Below are positions 54,177 to 62,941 of a stretch of DNA of 63,082 nt, in pieces. How positions within the stretch are numbered: the stretch's first letter is position 1; the number at the start of each line of letters is the position of its first letter. Under the pieces are notes generated by a model. That model saw only the letters and a list, made by a program, of their open reading frames with translations. It ran no database searches and had not been told where the DNA came from. The DNA comes from a virus (lineage: Duplodnaviria > Caudoviricetes): the IMG/VR virus record IMGVR_UViG_3300034402_000018, positions 1-63,082 of that record, one strand, 5' to 3'. The translations under genes were made by a program, and so were the position numbers.

Positions 54177-54878
54177 TCACCTCACCCGGACGCGCCCGTT
54201 ACGGTTTGCCGCGGGGTAATGAGTGAGCACTTGCTGTTCATCGGAGAGCTTCTTCTTCTCCTTGCCGCCGCCGGAGCCGCGGCCTGGAGAGGCGTCGCCG
54301 CCCGAATCGTCGTCGTCGTCTTTCTTCTTCTGGGGCCGCGGGTTGTCCCTGACGTACTCCGCGACCGCCTTGTCGACGGCCTCTTTGAGGTCGTCTTCGT
54401 CGTAGTAGCGCTCGTCAATGACCGAGTCATCCGAGAGCGTCACCTGCGGCAGGATGTACTTCACCGAGGTCAGGTATTCCTTGAGCCTGTCGGTGGTGCT
54501 CAGGTGGTCGCGGACTGCGTCCTTTACCTGGAGCGTGCGGAGATCGGCGCGTGTTTGGCGAAGCAAAGTAAGTGCTTCGTCGCGTTCCTGGGCGGCATCG
54601 GACTCCTCGTCCTCTTTGCCCGACTGGACCTTCTTGAGATCTCGCTCTGCCCGGTCCTTGGCCTTCAGGGCCTCGCGGGTAGCCTTCTTCTGCTCCCGCA
54701 GCTCTCGGGCTAGACGCTGCTCATTCGTCTCTTTGGGGGGCTTCTTCTCGCCCTCTTCTTCTTCGTCGCCCTCTTCTTCCTCGTCGTCCTCGTCGTCGTG
54801 CTGGGTCTCTTCCTCCTCAAGCTCGTCGTCTTGAGAGGCGCCCTCGTCTCCGGCAACCTTGTCTAACTTCTTACCCAT
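54177..54878 (-). CDS. Capsid scaffolding protein
   Basis: Acidic N-terminus, coiled coil and Gly-rich tail; AAGGAG RBS. Confidence 0.75.
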   Translation of the reverse strand: MGKKLDKVAGDEGASQDDELEEEETQHDDEDDEEEEGDEEEEGEKKPPKETNEQRLARELREQKKATREALKAKDRAERDLKKVQSGKEDEESDAAQERDEALTLLRQTRADLRTLQVKDAVRDHLSTTDRLKEYLTSVKYILPQVTLSDDSVIDERYYDEDDLKEAVDKAVAEYVRDNPRPQKKKDDDDDSGGDASPGRGSGGGKEKKKLSDEQQVLTHYPAANRNGRVRVR

Positions 54879-54904
54879 GAGAAAGTGATCTCCTTCGTGA
54901 GCAG

Positions 54905-54970
54905 TAATAAAAAGGGAGCGACCAGCTGCGGGGGCACGATGCACGCACCGTGTCGCAGCTGGTCGCTCCC
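54905..54970 (-). terminator. Strong intrinsic terminator in the scaffold leader
   Basis: 17-bp perfect stem gggagcgaccagctgcg followed by TTTTTATT on the - strand. Confidence 0.8.
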
Positions 54971-55054
54971 GAAGCGGCCCCGCCTGCCAGCAGAACCACC
55001 ATTAGCTACCTAGCTATTTACCCCCGCAGCCTAAGCTGCTAAGCTCTATAATTC

Positions 55055-55080
55055 ACTATAACATGCCATACAAACGACGT
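55055..55080 (-). promoter_or_regulatory. Putative late promoter (head genes)
   Basis: CGTCGTTTGTATG-GC-ATGTTATAGT. Confidence 0.5.
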
Positions 55081-55103
55081 AGATGGCTGTGGAAAAGTAG
55101 TAT

Positions 55104-56843
55104 TTACGATGACCCGCGGTTGGTATTGGGCTGGGCGTTGGGCTGCCCTGCTGTGCGGGGGTTTGCCGCCCTGATCGTCCGGTCGGGGGCGGTGGGCCTT
55201 GGGGCCTTGGACCGCTCGGCCGTGCGCTGCTGGGGCTTCTTACCGGTAGAAGACGCGGGTTTCGGGGCGAGGGCGGCCAGCGTCTTCGCCTTACGCATTT
55301 CCCGCTCGTCCTCCTCGGCCTTTTCCTTGCGAATCTGCTCCTCCTCGGCATCGGCCTCCCGCTCGGTCATGCCCTTATCGAGGCGCGCCCGACGCCTGGA
55401 GATAACCCCGCCCGCCACCTCGCTCGCGCTGATCTGGGCCTGGGTGGCCACGTCCTTGCCTAGCACCGGGTCGACTATGAACTTGAGGTCGTAGGTCACC
55501 CGCGACTCATCTACCTTGGCACGCGATTCGTCCAGGCTCGGATCCTCGGGGAAACCCACGGCATCGGAGACTAAGGCCAGCTGGAGCGCATCTTCCACAG
55601 CGTTGAACTGCACCTCGCGGATCTCCTCGACTTTGTCGACTAGGAGGGTGAGCTGGAGGCCCAGGGCATAGCCGGAATTGGCCGAGAGGTGTTTGATCCT
55701 CTTGAGGTGGGCTTCAGGCACCGCCGCCTCGCAGTCCTCGATCACCAGCTTCAAAAATTCAAGGAGCTGCGGGAGGTTCTTGGCCTCCCACTCCAGGTAC
55801 TCGGCCCTCGCCTGCGGCGTGCCGCCCACGGTGCCGAAGTTGGGGGGCTGGGGGATATACCAGACCGTGGTGCCGTCGCCCAGGGTCTTTTTCTCGAGCT
55901 TGGTCTTGGGGTTGACCCCGTACAGCACTAAGATTGGGTCGGAGTTCATCTTGATATTCTGGGCGAACATCGTGCCCATCTCGTTGATAGAGTCGAGGGT
56001 CGGGATGATATGCTCAAACGTGGCCCGGCCCTCGCCGTGACCGATGTCATTGAAAGGCACCGGTATCACGGGCACCACGCCGAGCGGGTTGGGCCAGCGC
56101 TTACCCAGCTTGCCGTAGGCGTAGAGCTTATGGTCGCGGAAAGAAAAATATTCCTCGTCGGTGATGATCAGCGTGCGCCAGCGCTGCTTACCCTCGGAAA
56201 GGAGAGCCGACGGGTCCATGCGAGCGGTGACCCATGCACCCAGGCTACCGAGGAGTCCTTTACCCCCCTCCTCGGGCTCGGTGTACATGTACTCGATCTT
56301 GGCGCCCAGGAGCCGCTCGTGATTGTGGGGATCCTTGAGCACCGTCATCACTTCGGGATCGTACACATCGAGGCGGGAGGGGGCCTTGGGCTTGCCCTCG
56401 AGCCAACCGGGGATCACCCGCAGGTAAGAGCGGCGAGCCACAGCCCCGTACAGCACGCTGCGCTTGACGCGCATCTCCCAGTGCTCGGTCTCCCACTTCT
56501 TGTCGATGTCGTCCTGGTTCTTATCATTGCGCTTGCGCAGCTGGGGCCGGGCACCCTTGAAGACCAGGCGCTTGTCGACGTCGGCCGCCTCCGTGCAAAG
56601 GGAGAACAGGGGCCGCGTGCCCTGCCAAAACTGCTTGGCCCTCTGTATCTCGGCGGCGGGGTCCCCGGCATCACCCAGAAACTCGGCGTTGTAAGCGTCG
56701 TTCTCGTAATAGCGCCAGTTGAGGGCCGTGCGCGTCTGCACAGCCCCCTCATAGGGGCTGCCCGACATCTTGAGGAGCTGGCGCACCACCAGGGGGAGAC
56801 TGGGGTTATCCTCGTCCGTATCACCACCGAAAAAGGTCGGCAT
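55104..56843 (-). CDS. Portal protein (SPP1 gp6-like)
   Basis: Position; RYYE, PNPLGVVPVIPVPFN and SGYAL. Confidence 0.85.
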   Translation of the reverse strand: MPTFFGGDTDEDNPSLPLVVRQLLKMSGSPYEGAVQTRTALNWRYYENDAYNAEFLGDAGDPAAEIQRAKQFWQGTRPLFSLCTEAADVDKRLVFKGARPQLRKRNDKNQDDIDKKWETEHWEMRVKRSVLYGAVARRSYLRVIPGWLEGKPKAPSRLDVYDPEVMTVLKDPHNHERLLGAKIEYMYTEPEEGGKGLLGSLGAWVTARMDPSALLSEGKQRWRTLIITDEEYFSFRDHKLYAYGKLGKRWPNPLGVVPVIPVPFNDIGHGEGRATFEHIIPTLDSINEMGTMFAQNIKMNSDPILVLYGVNPKTKLEKKTLGDGTTVWYIPQPPNFGTVGGTPQARAEYLEWEAKNLPQLLEFLKLVIEDCEAAVPEAHLKRIKHLSANSGYALGLQLTLLVDKVEEIREVQFNAVEDALQLALVSDAVGFPEDPSLDESRAKVDESRVTYDLKFIVDPVLGKDVATQAQISASEVAGGVISRRRARLDKGMTEREADAEEEQIRKEKAEEDEREMRKAKTLAALAPKPASSTGKKPQQRTAERSKAPRPTAPDRTIRAANPRTAGQPNAQPNTNRGSS

Positions 56844-56846
56844 TTA

Positions 56847-57131
56847 CTACTCCTTGTCGGGTCGCGGGCCCCAGGGCCTGTGCAGATCGACCGTCCGCTC
56901 CTCGACCACGATAGAGAGGCCCTCTTCCGCCTCCCGTAACTCTTCATCTTCGATCTCGTCCTCGGCCTCCAATATGTGGAGGTACTCCTTAGCCCGATCA
57001 ATGCGGGCAAAGTACCTGGGGAAAAGGCCTAGCTTACGCACCAGGAAGATCAGGGCCGCGTAGCCAAGTGCCCAAATGGTAGAGCCGACCAAGCTGGCAA
57101 GCACCCACCACCAAAAAATCTCCGGACTCAC
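56847..57131 (-). CDS. Small membrane protein
   Basis: N-terminal TM; GTGA overlap. Confidence 0.6.
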   Translation of the reverse strand: MSPEIFWWWVLASLVGSTIWALGYAALIFLVRKLGLFPRYFARIDRAKEYLHILEAEDEIEDEELREAEEGLSIVVEERTVDLHRPWGPRPDKE

Positions 57132-57601
57132 TCTTCCGCCTTTGGGGACCAATCGGGCCCGCCGCGCTCTCGCCGGAGCGATATGACCTGCTGGTGAGCG
57201 GCCTCTACCGCCTCTTCAAGCGTCCCGCCTGACGAGGTCATAGTGAGAATGCGCTTCTCCTCCTTGGTGCCGGGGCGCGGGGGCATCGGTATGCCCTTAC
57301 CGGGCGGGAAGGTGAAGGTGGCGCGGTTTTGGACGACCTCCTCCATGCGCTGCTCCGGCACTTCAGGCCAGGTCAGGAAGCGCAGCACCGCCTTGGCCGA
57401 ATAGGTGCCATCGGGCAGGTGGAAGTCAACATCGGCCTCGGCAACAATCTCCGCGCTCTCCGCGGTGGCCTCATCGAGCAGGCGCACCTGCTGCACCGAG
57501 AGATCCTCGGCCGGAAACTTCACCACGTCTTCCTTCTCGCGGACTATCCTCTCTTTTTTGGGGTCAAAGCGCTCCATCGCCTCTGAAGTATCATCGAACA
57601 T
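57128..57601 (-). CDS. Hypothetical protein
   Basis: GGAGG RBS; coupled to the TerL-C gene. Confidence 0.65.
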   Translation of the reverse strand: MFDDTSEAMERFDPKKERIVREKEDVVKFPAEDLSVQQVRLLDEATAESAEIVAEADVDFHLPDGTYSAKAVLRFLTWPEVPEQRMEEVVQNRATFTFPPGKGIPMPPRPGTKEEKRILTMTSSGGTLEEAVEAAHQQVISLRRERGGPDWSPKAEE

Positions 57602-58426
57602 CTACCATCTCCTCCCTAGCTGCTCTTTGCGCTCTTCCACTTCGCCGTCGCCGCCGGCGAGTATCTCGATGCACATGAAATAGCCCCCCGACACCGAGTC
57701 GACGATGTCGTCTTTGGAGCCGTTGGGGAAAGACTCGCACTCGTCATAGAATGGGTTGAGCCACGAGCCGTCGCGCAGGTACATGAAGCCCTCGCGAGCG
57801 CGGTCCATCCAGGGCTGGGCCTTGGCCACCTTGTCGCGCAGCACGTTGAGGCCGAATATCGCGTAATTGGCGAGCTCGGGGTCCGCCACCAGGTCAAGGT
57901 AAGCCGCCATCTGGGGGCCGTTCTTCTCGCACCCTATCCGCACCATCTCCCCGTCCTCTTTGGCCACCTCGCGGATATTCTTTTTGACCTTGGACCAGTC
58001 GGTGCGCCACCTGACCTGCCCGTAGACGAAGATCTCAAACTGGGTGTAATACTCGTCGAACTTGAAGGCCATGCGGGTGCCGACGGTGTAGTCGGGATCC
58101 TGTTTGGCCACGGCCTTCTCAGTGAAAGCGCAGTCGTAGAAGCGCGCCCAATCGAGCCCCTCGGTGCGCCGGTCGAAGTCCCTGGGCGTGAGCACGCGGC
58201 GACGGTCATCGGACGTGAAGAAAGAGCGATCGAACATGCCGCCGCCGGGAAGACGCGGAGTCTGCTGCCACATCGAGGCCCACTCCTGTGGTCCCTGCAC
58301 GGCCTCTATCTGAGCCAATTGCTTTGCGGTATGGCGCAGGGGGTCGAGAGGCTCCCCCTCGCGGCGGCCAAGTGGGTCCTTGAACGTAGCGTTGCCGTGC
58401 AGGATGGCGGCTTTCAGGTAGGTCAC
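57602..58426 (-). CDS. Terminase large subunit, C-terminal nuclease part
   Basis: DPLGR..GE.L, WQQTP, RFYDCA, DYTVG, DKVAKAQP and FPNGSKDDIVDSVSG. Confidence 0.9.
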   Translation of the reverse strand: MTYLKAAILHGNATFKDPLGRREGEPLDPLRHTAKQLAQIEAVQGPQEWASMWQQTPRLPGGGMFDRSFFTSDDRRRVLTPRDFDRRTEGLDWARFYDCAFTEKAVAKQDPDYTVGTRMAFKFDEYYTQFEIFVYGQVRWRTDWSKVKKNIREVAKEDGEMVRIGCEKNGPQMAAYLDLVADPELANYAIFGLNVLRDKVAKAQPWMDRAREGFMYLRDGSWLNPFYDECESFPNGSKDDIVDSVSGGYFMCIEILAGGDGEVEERKEQLGRRW

Positions 58427-58986
58427 GGAAGCACCTGCGCACCAGGTGCAAAGCCGTCAGGGGGCGGCCCCGGCACTCCAAACTCGGTCAGACGCCCCTC
58501 CCGCCGCCGCTCGAAGTCAGCCACCAACAGCGGAGTTATTACTCGAGCCTCGCGCTCCGTGTACTTTTCGAGGAAGTCATACAGCACAAACCCGAGAGCG
58601 CGCGCCGCCCCGCCCGCCTCCTTCATGCGAGCAAGAACCAAAAAGAGATCGTTCTGCAGCAGATGGAGCAACTCGTGATACAGAGAAGCGTAGCCGACAG
58701 GGCCCGGCCGCAGCTCAGCCCGGAGGCGCAAAGGCGCGTTCCAGGCAACGGAGCCTGCTCCGATGTTCGCGAATACCACCTGGAAGCCGTCCGCATCGTC
58801 ATCCTCGAAACTCTCCGACATCACCACCTGAATGCGCCACAGTTGCAAATGGAATTTTTCTACGAAATACTCCAAGAACTCCCGCACCCATTCGGGCACG
58901 TCCTCAGCGCACTTGATGCCCGGCTCCGCTTCGTCAGGGAAGCGCAGAGGCGACAGCGCGGCGAACGGCGATATATTCTTACTCAC
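58423..58986 (-). CDS. HExxH (zincin-like) protein between the terL halves
   Basis: LYHELLHLL and a downstream E; GTGA overlaps at both ends. Confidence 0.7.
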   Translation of the reverse strand: MSKNISPFAALSPLRFPDEAEPGIKCAEDVPEWVREFLEYFVEKFHLQLWRIQVVMSESFEDDDADGFQVVFANIGAGSVAWNAPLRLRAELRPGPVGYASLYHELLHLLQNDLFLVLARMKEAGGAARALGFVLYDFLEKYTEREARVITPLLVADFERRREGRLTEFGVPGPPPDGFAPGAQVLP

Positions 58987-59315
58987 GGCACACCCCCTAC
59001 CCACATAAGCTGCTCAATAGGATCGGGGAAAACAGGCACAAAGGGCGACAAAGAGAGATTATCCGTCGGTATGAGCGGGTGAGCATACACCTTGCGAGGG
59101 TCGACGCCCAGAATAGCCCGCAACGCCTCCCACCGGTCGGGGTTCGTGAGGATATAAAGATCGTGCAACTCCATGCCCATATCGTGCTTGAGCGTGCGCG
59201 CCAGGTCCATCAAGCATAGAATGGCTGGGTCCGTGATAGGAGGATCTTCGTATGCCTCCAACATGAGTTCCTGGCCAAGGGTGAAGGCGTCCTCCAAATT
59301 AAAGATCTTACTCAC
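58983..59315 (-). CDS. Hypothetical protein between the terL halves
   Basis: GTGA overlaps at both ends; AGGGGG RBS. Confidence 0.65.
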   Translation of the reverse strand: MSKIFNLEDAFTLGQELMLEAYEDPPITDPAILCLMDLARTLKHDMGMELHDLYILTNPDRWEALRAILGVDPRKVYAHPLIPTDNLSLSPFVPVFPDPIEQLMWVGGVP

Positions 59316-61183
59316 GAGTACCCCCTGTTGTTGCGGGAGACCATGTCGGACACGATGAATCTCTCTTTCGACACATTATTCCTCTCCGCCCACACGCGGG
59401 TCTGCTCAGGCGACTCGGCCACTGCCGGTAGGCGCAGCACGTAGTAGAGCTCCCCGCCGTTGGCCTGCTCTTTGAGGAGCCAGCCGCAGATGTCGTTCTC
59501 GTCCCAGCGGGTATTGTGGACTACCACACCGTCAGCTATGAAATTCTCATTGCCTTCGACACTCAGGTCGAAGACCTCCTCTTCCTCATCCTCAAGCTCT
59601 ACCGACGTTACCCTGGTAAGCGCAAAGGGGGCATCTTCAAAATTGACTACGGAGAACCCCATAGCCCAGCTGGTAGCCCAGATAGGCTCAGGGCTGTGGG
59701 GAGGATCATACAGGCGTGTCTGCATGGTCAGGTTGGTCACGCGATAGCCGCAACTCTGCGCCAAAAGCTTTGCGTCGGTAAGCAGCCCGCTATTTGCCGA
59801 GCGGATATTGCACCGCTGGTGCCTGTCGTAGCACCCATCCGCGTCCGAGTACCCCTGTATAAATGCCCGGCGCCGATCAAGGGGCCAAAGAAAGACGTCA
59901 TCCGGAATACGCTTTGTCTTGGCTGTCTTGCCGAACCCCAAACCCAGCCCCTCGAACCACCGGCCCGCTGCCGAGATTTCCGTCCGGTAATAGCCATACT
60001 TTGTTTCCTTTGGGGCCTTACCGAACTTCTCCGTAAAATAGTCCAGGGCCCGGTCGTTGACCTCTTCATGCACGCCGCGGGCAAAGCAGGTCACCCAGCC
60101 CATTGACCCCTTGGCGTTGGGGCGGCGAGTAACCCAACCGTCACCGTACATGAAACCAAGCGCCCAGGCGTCCTCAACAGTGATACCGGGGTCGGGAGCC
60201 AGTGATTCCCAGGAATGCGAGGTAACCACCATGTCCCCGCGTTTCAGGTCCGCCATTTCGACGTAACGATACTCGCCGTCGAACACCAGCACAGGGTGGT
60301 TGCCGGTGCCCCGGACAGTGTGGTTGCCTGTCCTGAGCCTATATATCGGGGCCTTCCCCTGTGGGATAAAGTGCTGGACGACTTTGGGCTCGTGCTTCCC
60401 CTTATTCCAGGTCATCACCCGGTCACCCTCGCAGGCAGATGCCAGCTTGCGCCAGGTGCCGTCCCCCATCAGGACATTTGTATCGCCCACCAAGCACATG
60501 GTGATAGCGATAGCACCGTCCGGGGATATGCGGTTGAAGAGGGAGGTGCGGAACCACCTGATGTGGGAGGCCCGCGTCTTCTCGGACTCCATGTCCTTGA
60601 TGTCGGAGACAGGGTCGTCGACCAGGATCTGGTGGGCGCCGTAGCCGGCGATGGCCCCCGAGACGCCCGTGGCCTTCATGCGGCCTCGGTGGGGCGGTGC
60701 GAGGCGCCACTCGCGGGTGGAAGCGACCTTGCCCGAGATACGGACGGGGGCAAAGCCCGGCGTATCGACGGTGCTGAAGTTACCCTTCTCACCGAAGACG
60801 CGCCCGAAGGCAGGCTCCTGAATCTTGGAGCGCGCCTCGTATGAGAGGTTGTACGCCAGGTCCGCCGTGTGGGAGATCAGGATCTGCAGGTGGTTGGGGT
60901 TGCGCCCGAAATACCAGGCAGGGTAGGCGCGGGAGAATATCTCCGATTTCCCGTACTGCGACGGGACGAAGATCATCAGGCGGTTGATCTTGCGCGACTC
61001 GAGCCATTCGAGGGCGCCCGCGATCAGCTCACGGTGAGGGCGTGTGATGAAGCCGAGGTTGTTCTTGGGGTCCGGGGGCCACATGTACTCGCAGAAGGGG
61101 ATCAGGCGCTGGCGGGCCAGGCGGCGTCGCTCAAGCTCCCGGCGCATCTCCTCTTCCGAAGGCATGTAGCGTGGATTAAGCAC
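59312..61183 (-). CDS. Terminase large subunit, N-terminal ATPase part, intein-containing
   Basis: PHRELI, RLMIFVPSQYGKSE, GYGAHQILVDDP and M[intein]TRW..ND..G.L, ending shortly after LPAVAE. Confidence 0.92.
   Translation of the reverse strand: MLNPRYMPSEEEMRRELERRRLARQRLIPFCEYMWPPDPKNNLGFITRPHRELIAGALEWLESRKINRLMIFVPSQYGKSEIFSRAYPAWYFGRNPNHLQILISHTADLAYNLSYEARSKIQEPAFGRVFGEKGNFSTVDTPGFAPVRISGKVASTREWRLAPPHRGRMKATGVSGAIAGYGAHQILVDDPVSDIKDMESEKTRASHIRWFRTSLFNRISPDGAIAITMCLVGDTNVLMGDGTWRKLASACEGDRVMTWNKGKHEPKVVQHFIPQGKAPIYRLRTGNHTVRGTGNHPVLVFDGEYRYVEMADLKRGDMVVTSHSWESLAPDPGITVEDAWALGFMYGDGWVTRRPNAKGSMGWVTCFARGVHEEVNDRALDYFTEKFGKAPKETKYGYYRTEISAAGRWFEGLGLGFGKTAKTKRIPDDVFLWPLDRRRAFIQGYSDADGCYDRHQRCNIRSANSGLLTDAKLLAQSCGYRVTNLTMQTRLYDPPHSPEPIWATSWAMGFSVVNFEDAPFALTRVTSVELEDEEEEVFDLSVEGNENFIADGVVVHNTRWDENDICGWLLKEQANGGELYYVLRLPAVAESPEQTRVWAERNNVSKERFIVSDMVSRNNRGYS
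59513..60496 (-). mobile_element. Intein (328 aa) with LAGLIDADG homing endonuclease
   Basis: CLVGDT start, TGNHP, LGFMYGDG, FIQGYSDADG and NFIADGVVVHN/T end. Confidence 0.95.
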
Positions 61184-61811
61184 CGGCGGCCCTCTTCTTT
61201 GCCAGGTGCATCTGAATGTCGTTGTCCGACATCTCCTCCAGGTCCAGATCCTCCTCCTGGGCGGGCAGGGCCAGCTTGTTCGGGTTCGAGGCGGGCACCG
61301 CCATGCCGAGGCCGGAGCGGGAGAGACGCACGGCCGCCGAGATAAACTTGGGGATGTCGGCGTCGGCGATCTTGAGAGGCTTATCGGAAGAAGGCTGCAT
61401 GGCCTCTTCAAGGCGGCTCTTGATCAGGCTGAGCATCATGTGACCGACCTTGTACTCCTCCTCCTGCTGCTGGACGATGCGCTCAGCCAGCTTGTCCAGC
61501 TTGCGGTCGACTTTCCTCTGCAGCTTAGAATCGGCCGGGCCGTGCTCGATCCTGAAGCGGTCATACTCGGCGGCGCGCATTATCCAGGCGTAGTGTTGGG
61601 AGGCATCGCCCAGGGCGCCCGAGATCGTGGGCTGGCCGAGGGCGCGAGACATAGCAGTCAGCGAGCGGTCGATGCCCATATCGCGGTACATGGCGAACTG
61701 CTTGAACATCTTCTCGGGCTCGCAATCGAGCCTGTCCCATATGGGGAGGCCATTACTCTGGCGGCGCGCGATCTCTTCAGCCACCTGCGGGTAATGCTTC
61801 TGTGTGGGCAT
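61176..61811 (-). CDS. Probable terminase small subunit
   Basis: WDR...E..K.F..F..YRDMG.DRSL...W..RA.EYD; directly upstream of TerL. Confidence 0.75.
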   Translation of the reverse strand: MPTQKHYPQVAEEIARRQSNGLPIWDRLDCEPEKMFKQFAMYRDMGIDRSLTAMSRALGQPTISGALGDASQHYAWIMRAAEYDRFRIEHGPADSKLQRKVDRKLDKLAERIVQQQEEEYKVGHMMLSLIKSRLEEAMQPSSDKPLKIADADIPKFISAAVRLSRSGLGMAVPASNPNKLALPAQEEDLDLEEMSDNDIQMHLAKKRAAGA

Positions 61812-61847
61812 GCAGCCCCTCCTTTGAGAGCGTGGGGAGCTTGCGCC

Positions 61848-62102
61848 CTACCAGTTATTGAGTAGGACGCCGGTCGAAAGACGCAGCGTTCGGCGGGTCC
61901 AGCGCGATGCCGGGTCCTGCAGGTCGTGGTTGATAGCCAGCGATCTCGAGCACTGGAAGCAAACAAGCTCTGCCCAGGCCGGGGTCTCCTCCTCAAGCCG
62001 GGCATTGTAATGAGCCCTGTAGCGCCTGACGAAAAAGACCTGGCACCCGCAGACCGGGCACTGCTCCACCTCGCTGCCAACTGGTGGTGGGGCGTGGTCC
62101 AA
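61848..62102 (-). CDS. Zn-ribbon hypothetical protein
   Basis: CPVC and CFQC; AGGAG RBS. Confidence 0.6.
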   Translation of the reverse strand: MDHAPPPVGSEVEQCPVCGCQVFFVRRYRAHYNARLEEETPAWAELVCFQCSRSLAINHDLQDPASRWTRRTLRLSTGVLLNNW

Positions 62103-62120
62103 ATTAAAAGCTCCTAATTC

Positions 62121-62149
62121 AAATATACCATATCGTCATAAAAACGACG
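62121..62149 (-). promoter_or_regulatory. Putative late promoter (packaging operon)
   Basis: CGTCGTTTTTATG-N5-ATGGTATATT. Confidence 0.65.
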
Positions 62150-62183
62150 CAAACAGGCACAAATACAGGCAAAAGGCATGTGG

Positions 62184-62215
62184 AAAAGGGGTTGCAGCAT
62201 TGCTGCAACCCCTTT
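62184..62215 (-). terminator. Intrinsic (likely bidirectional) terminator
   Basis: aaaggggttgcagca/tgctgcaaccccttt palindrome after the RHH gene. Confidence 0.8.
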
Positions 62216-62236
62216 GAAAGTATGCGAGTGGACTAC

Positions 62237-62848
62237 TTAGAGAGGAACCTCTTCCCCGGCATCCCGCGCCGCCACCATGCGGTTGTGGCTCTCCACAGCC
62301 TTTTCAACGATGGCCTTCGAATGCTCGGAAAGGTCGTAGATGGGGACCGATGTGCCGTTCAGCATGTCCACGTACAGAATAGGCCCGTACTTGCCAATTC
62401 GGTCCCACAGGAAATCAGGATTGGCCAGCCAGCGGTCCGTAACCCAGGCTATCAAGAGCACGATCTCTTGAGTGACCGAGCGATGGTGATTGCGGCATAT
62501 AGTCCGAAACTGGTTCATCAGCGACTTCGGTGCCTGAATGTGGTCCAACCGTTCAAGCCGCTTATCACTTCGAGACCAGCCCTCCCCCGGCACCGGGCGC
62601 TCCTGGGGAGGCGCTACGTAAGGCGCCTCGTCCTCGGGAAGCACCGGGTGATCGGTGCTGAACAAACGCAACTCAGAGTAGCGTTTTTCCGCCCCCACGC
62701 ACCACTCCACGAAGAACTCCGCCTGGCTGCGCACAGAGCGGCCCTCCCGCTCGGCAATCGCCTCCAGATCTTTATAGACCTCCGGGTCCAGGTTGATACG
62801 GCCTATCTCCTTGCCCTGCGGCTCCAATTTGTAAGATGTCTGTGCCAT
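62237..62848 (-). CDS. Tandem Arc-like ribbon-helix-helix regulator
   Basis: RINLDPEVYKDLEAIAEREGRSVRSQ and HIQAPKSLMNQFRTICRNHHRSVTQEI. Confidence 0.75.
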   Translation of the reverse strand: MAQTSYKLEPQGKEIGRINLDPEVYKDLEAIAEREGRSVRSQAEFFVEWCVGAEKRYSELRLFSTDHPVLPEDEAPYVAPPQERPVPGEGWSRSDKRLERLDHIQAPKSLMNQFRTICRNHHRSVTQEIVLLIAWVTDRWLANPDFLWDRIGKYGPILYVDMLNGTSVPIYDLSEHSKAIVEKAVESHNRMVAARDAGEEVPL

Positions 62849-62868
62849 TTGTTCTCCTCCTGGTAGTA

Positions 62869-62911
62869 AATATGATACACTGGTAACAGCTCAGCATGAT
62901 TATATCATATT
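62869..62911. promoter_or_regulatory. Divergent control region with face-to-face -10 elements
   Basis: Inverted repeat AATATGATA/TATCATATT; TGaTATAAT on the - strand. Confidence 0.55.
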
Positions 62912-62941
62912 CTCGACGTAACTAAGAAAGGATGGTGCATT

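Noticed and set aside
58427-59311. Group I/II intron explaining the terL split
   Set aside because: The interval is fully occupied by two coupled ORFs, with no visible intron core, maturase or homing endonuclease. This is not formally excluded without cmscan.
58990-59326. CUACCCC sRNAs targeting the AGGGGGU RBSs of the genes inside terL
   Set aside because: Only 5-7 nt of complementarity, too weak to claim without computation.
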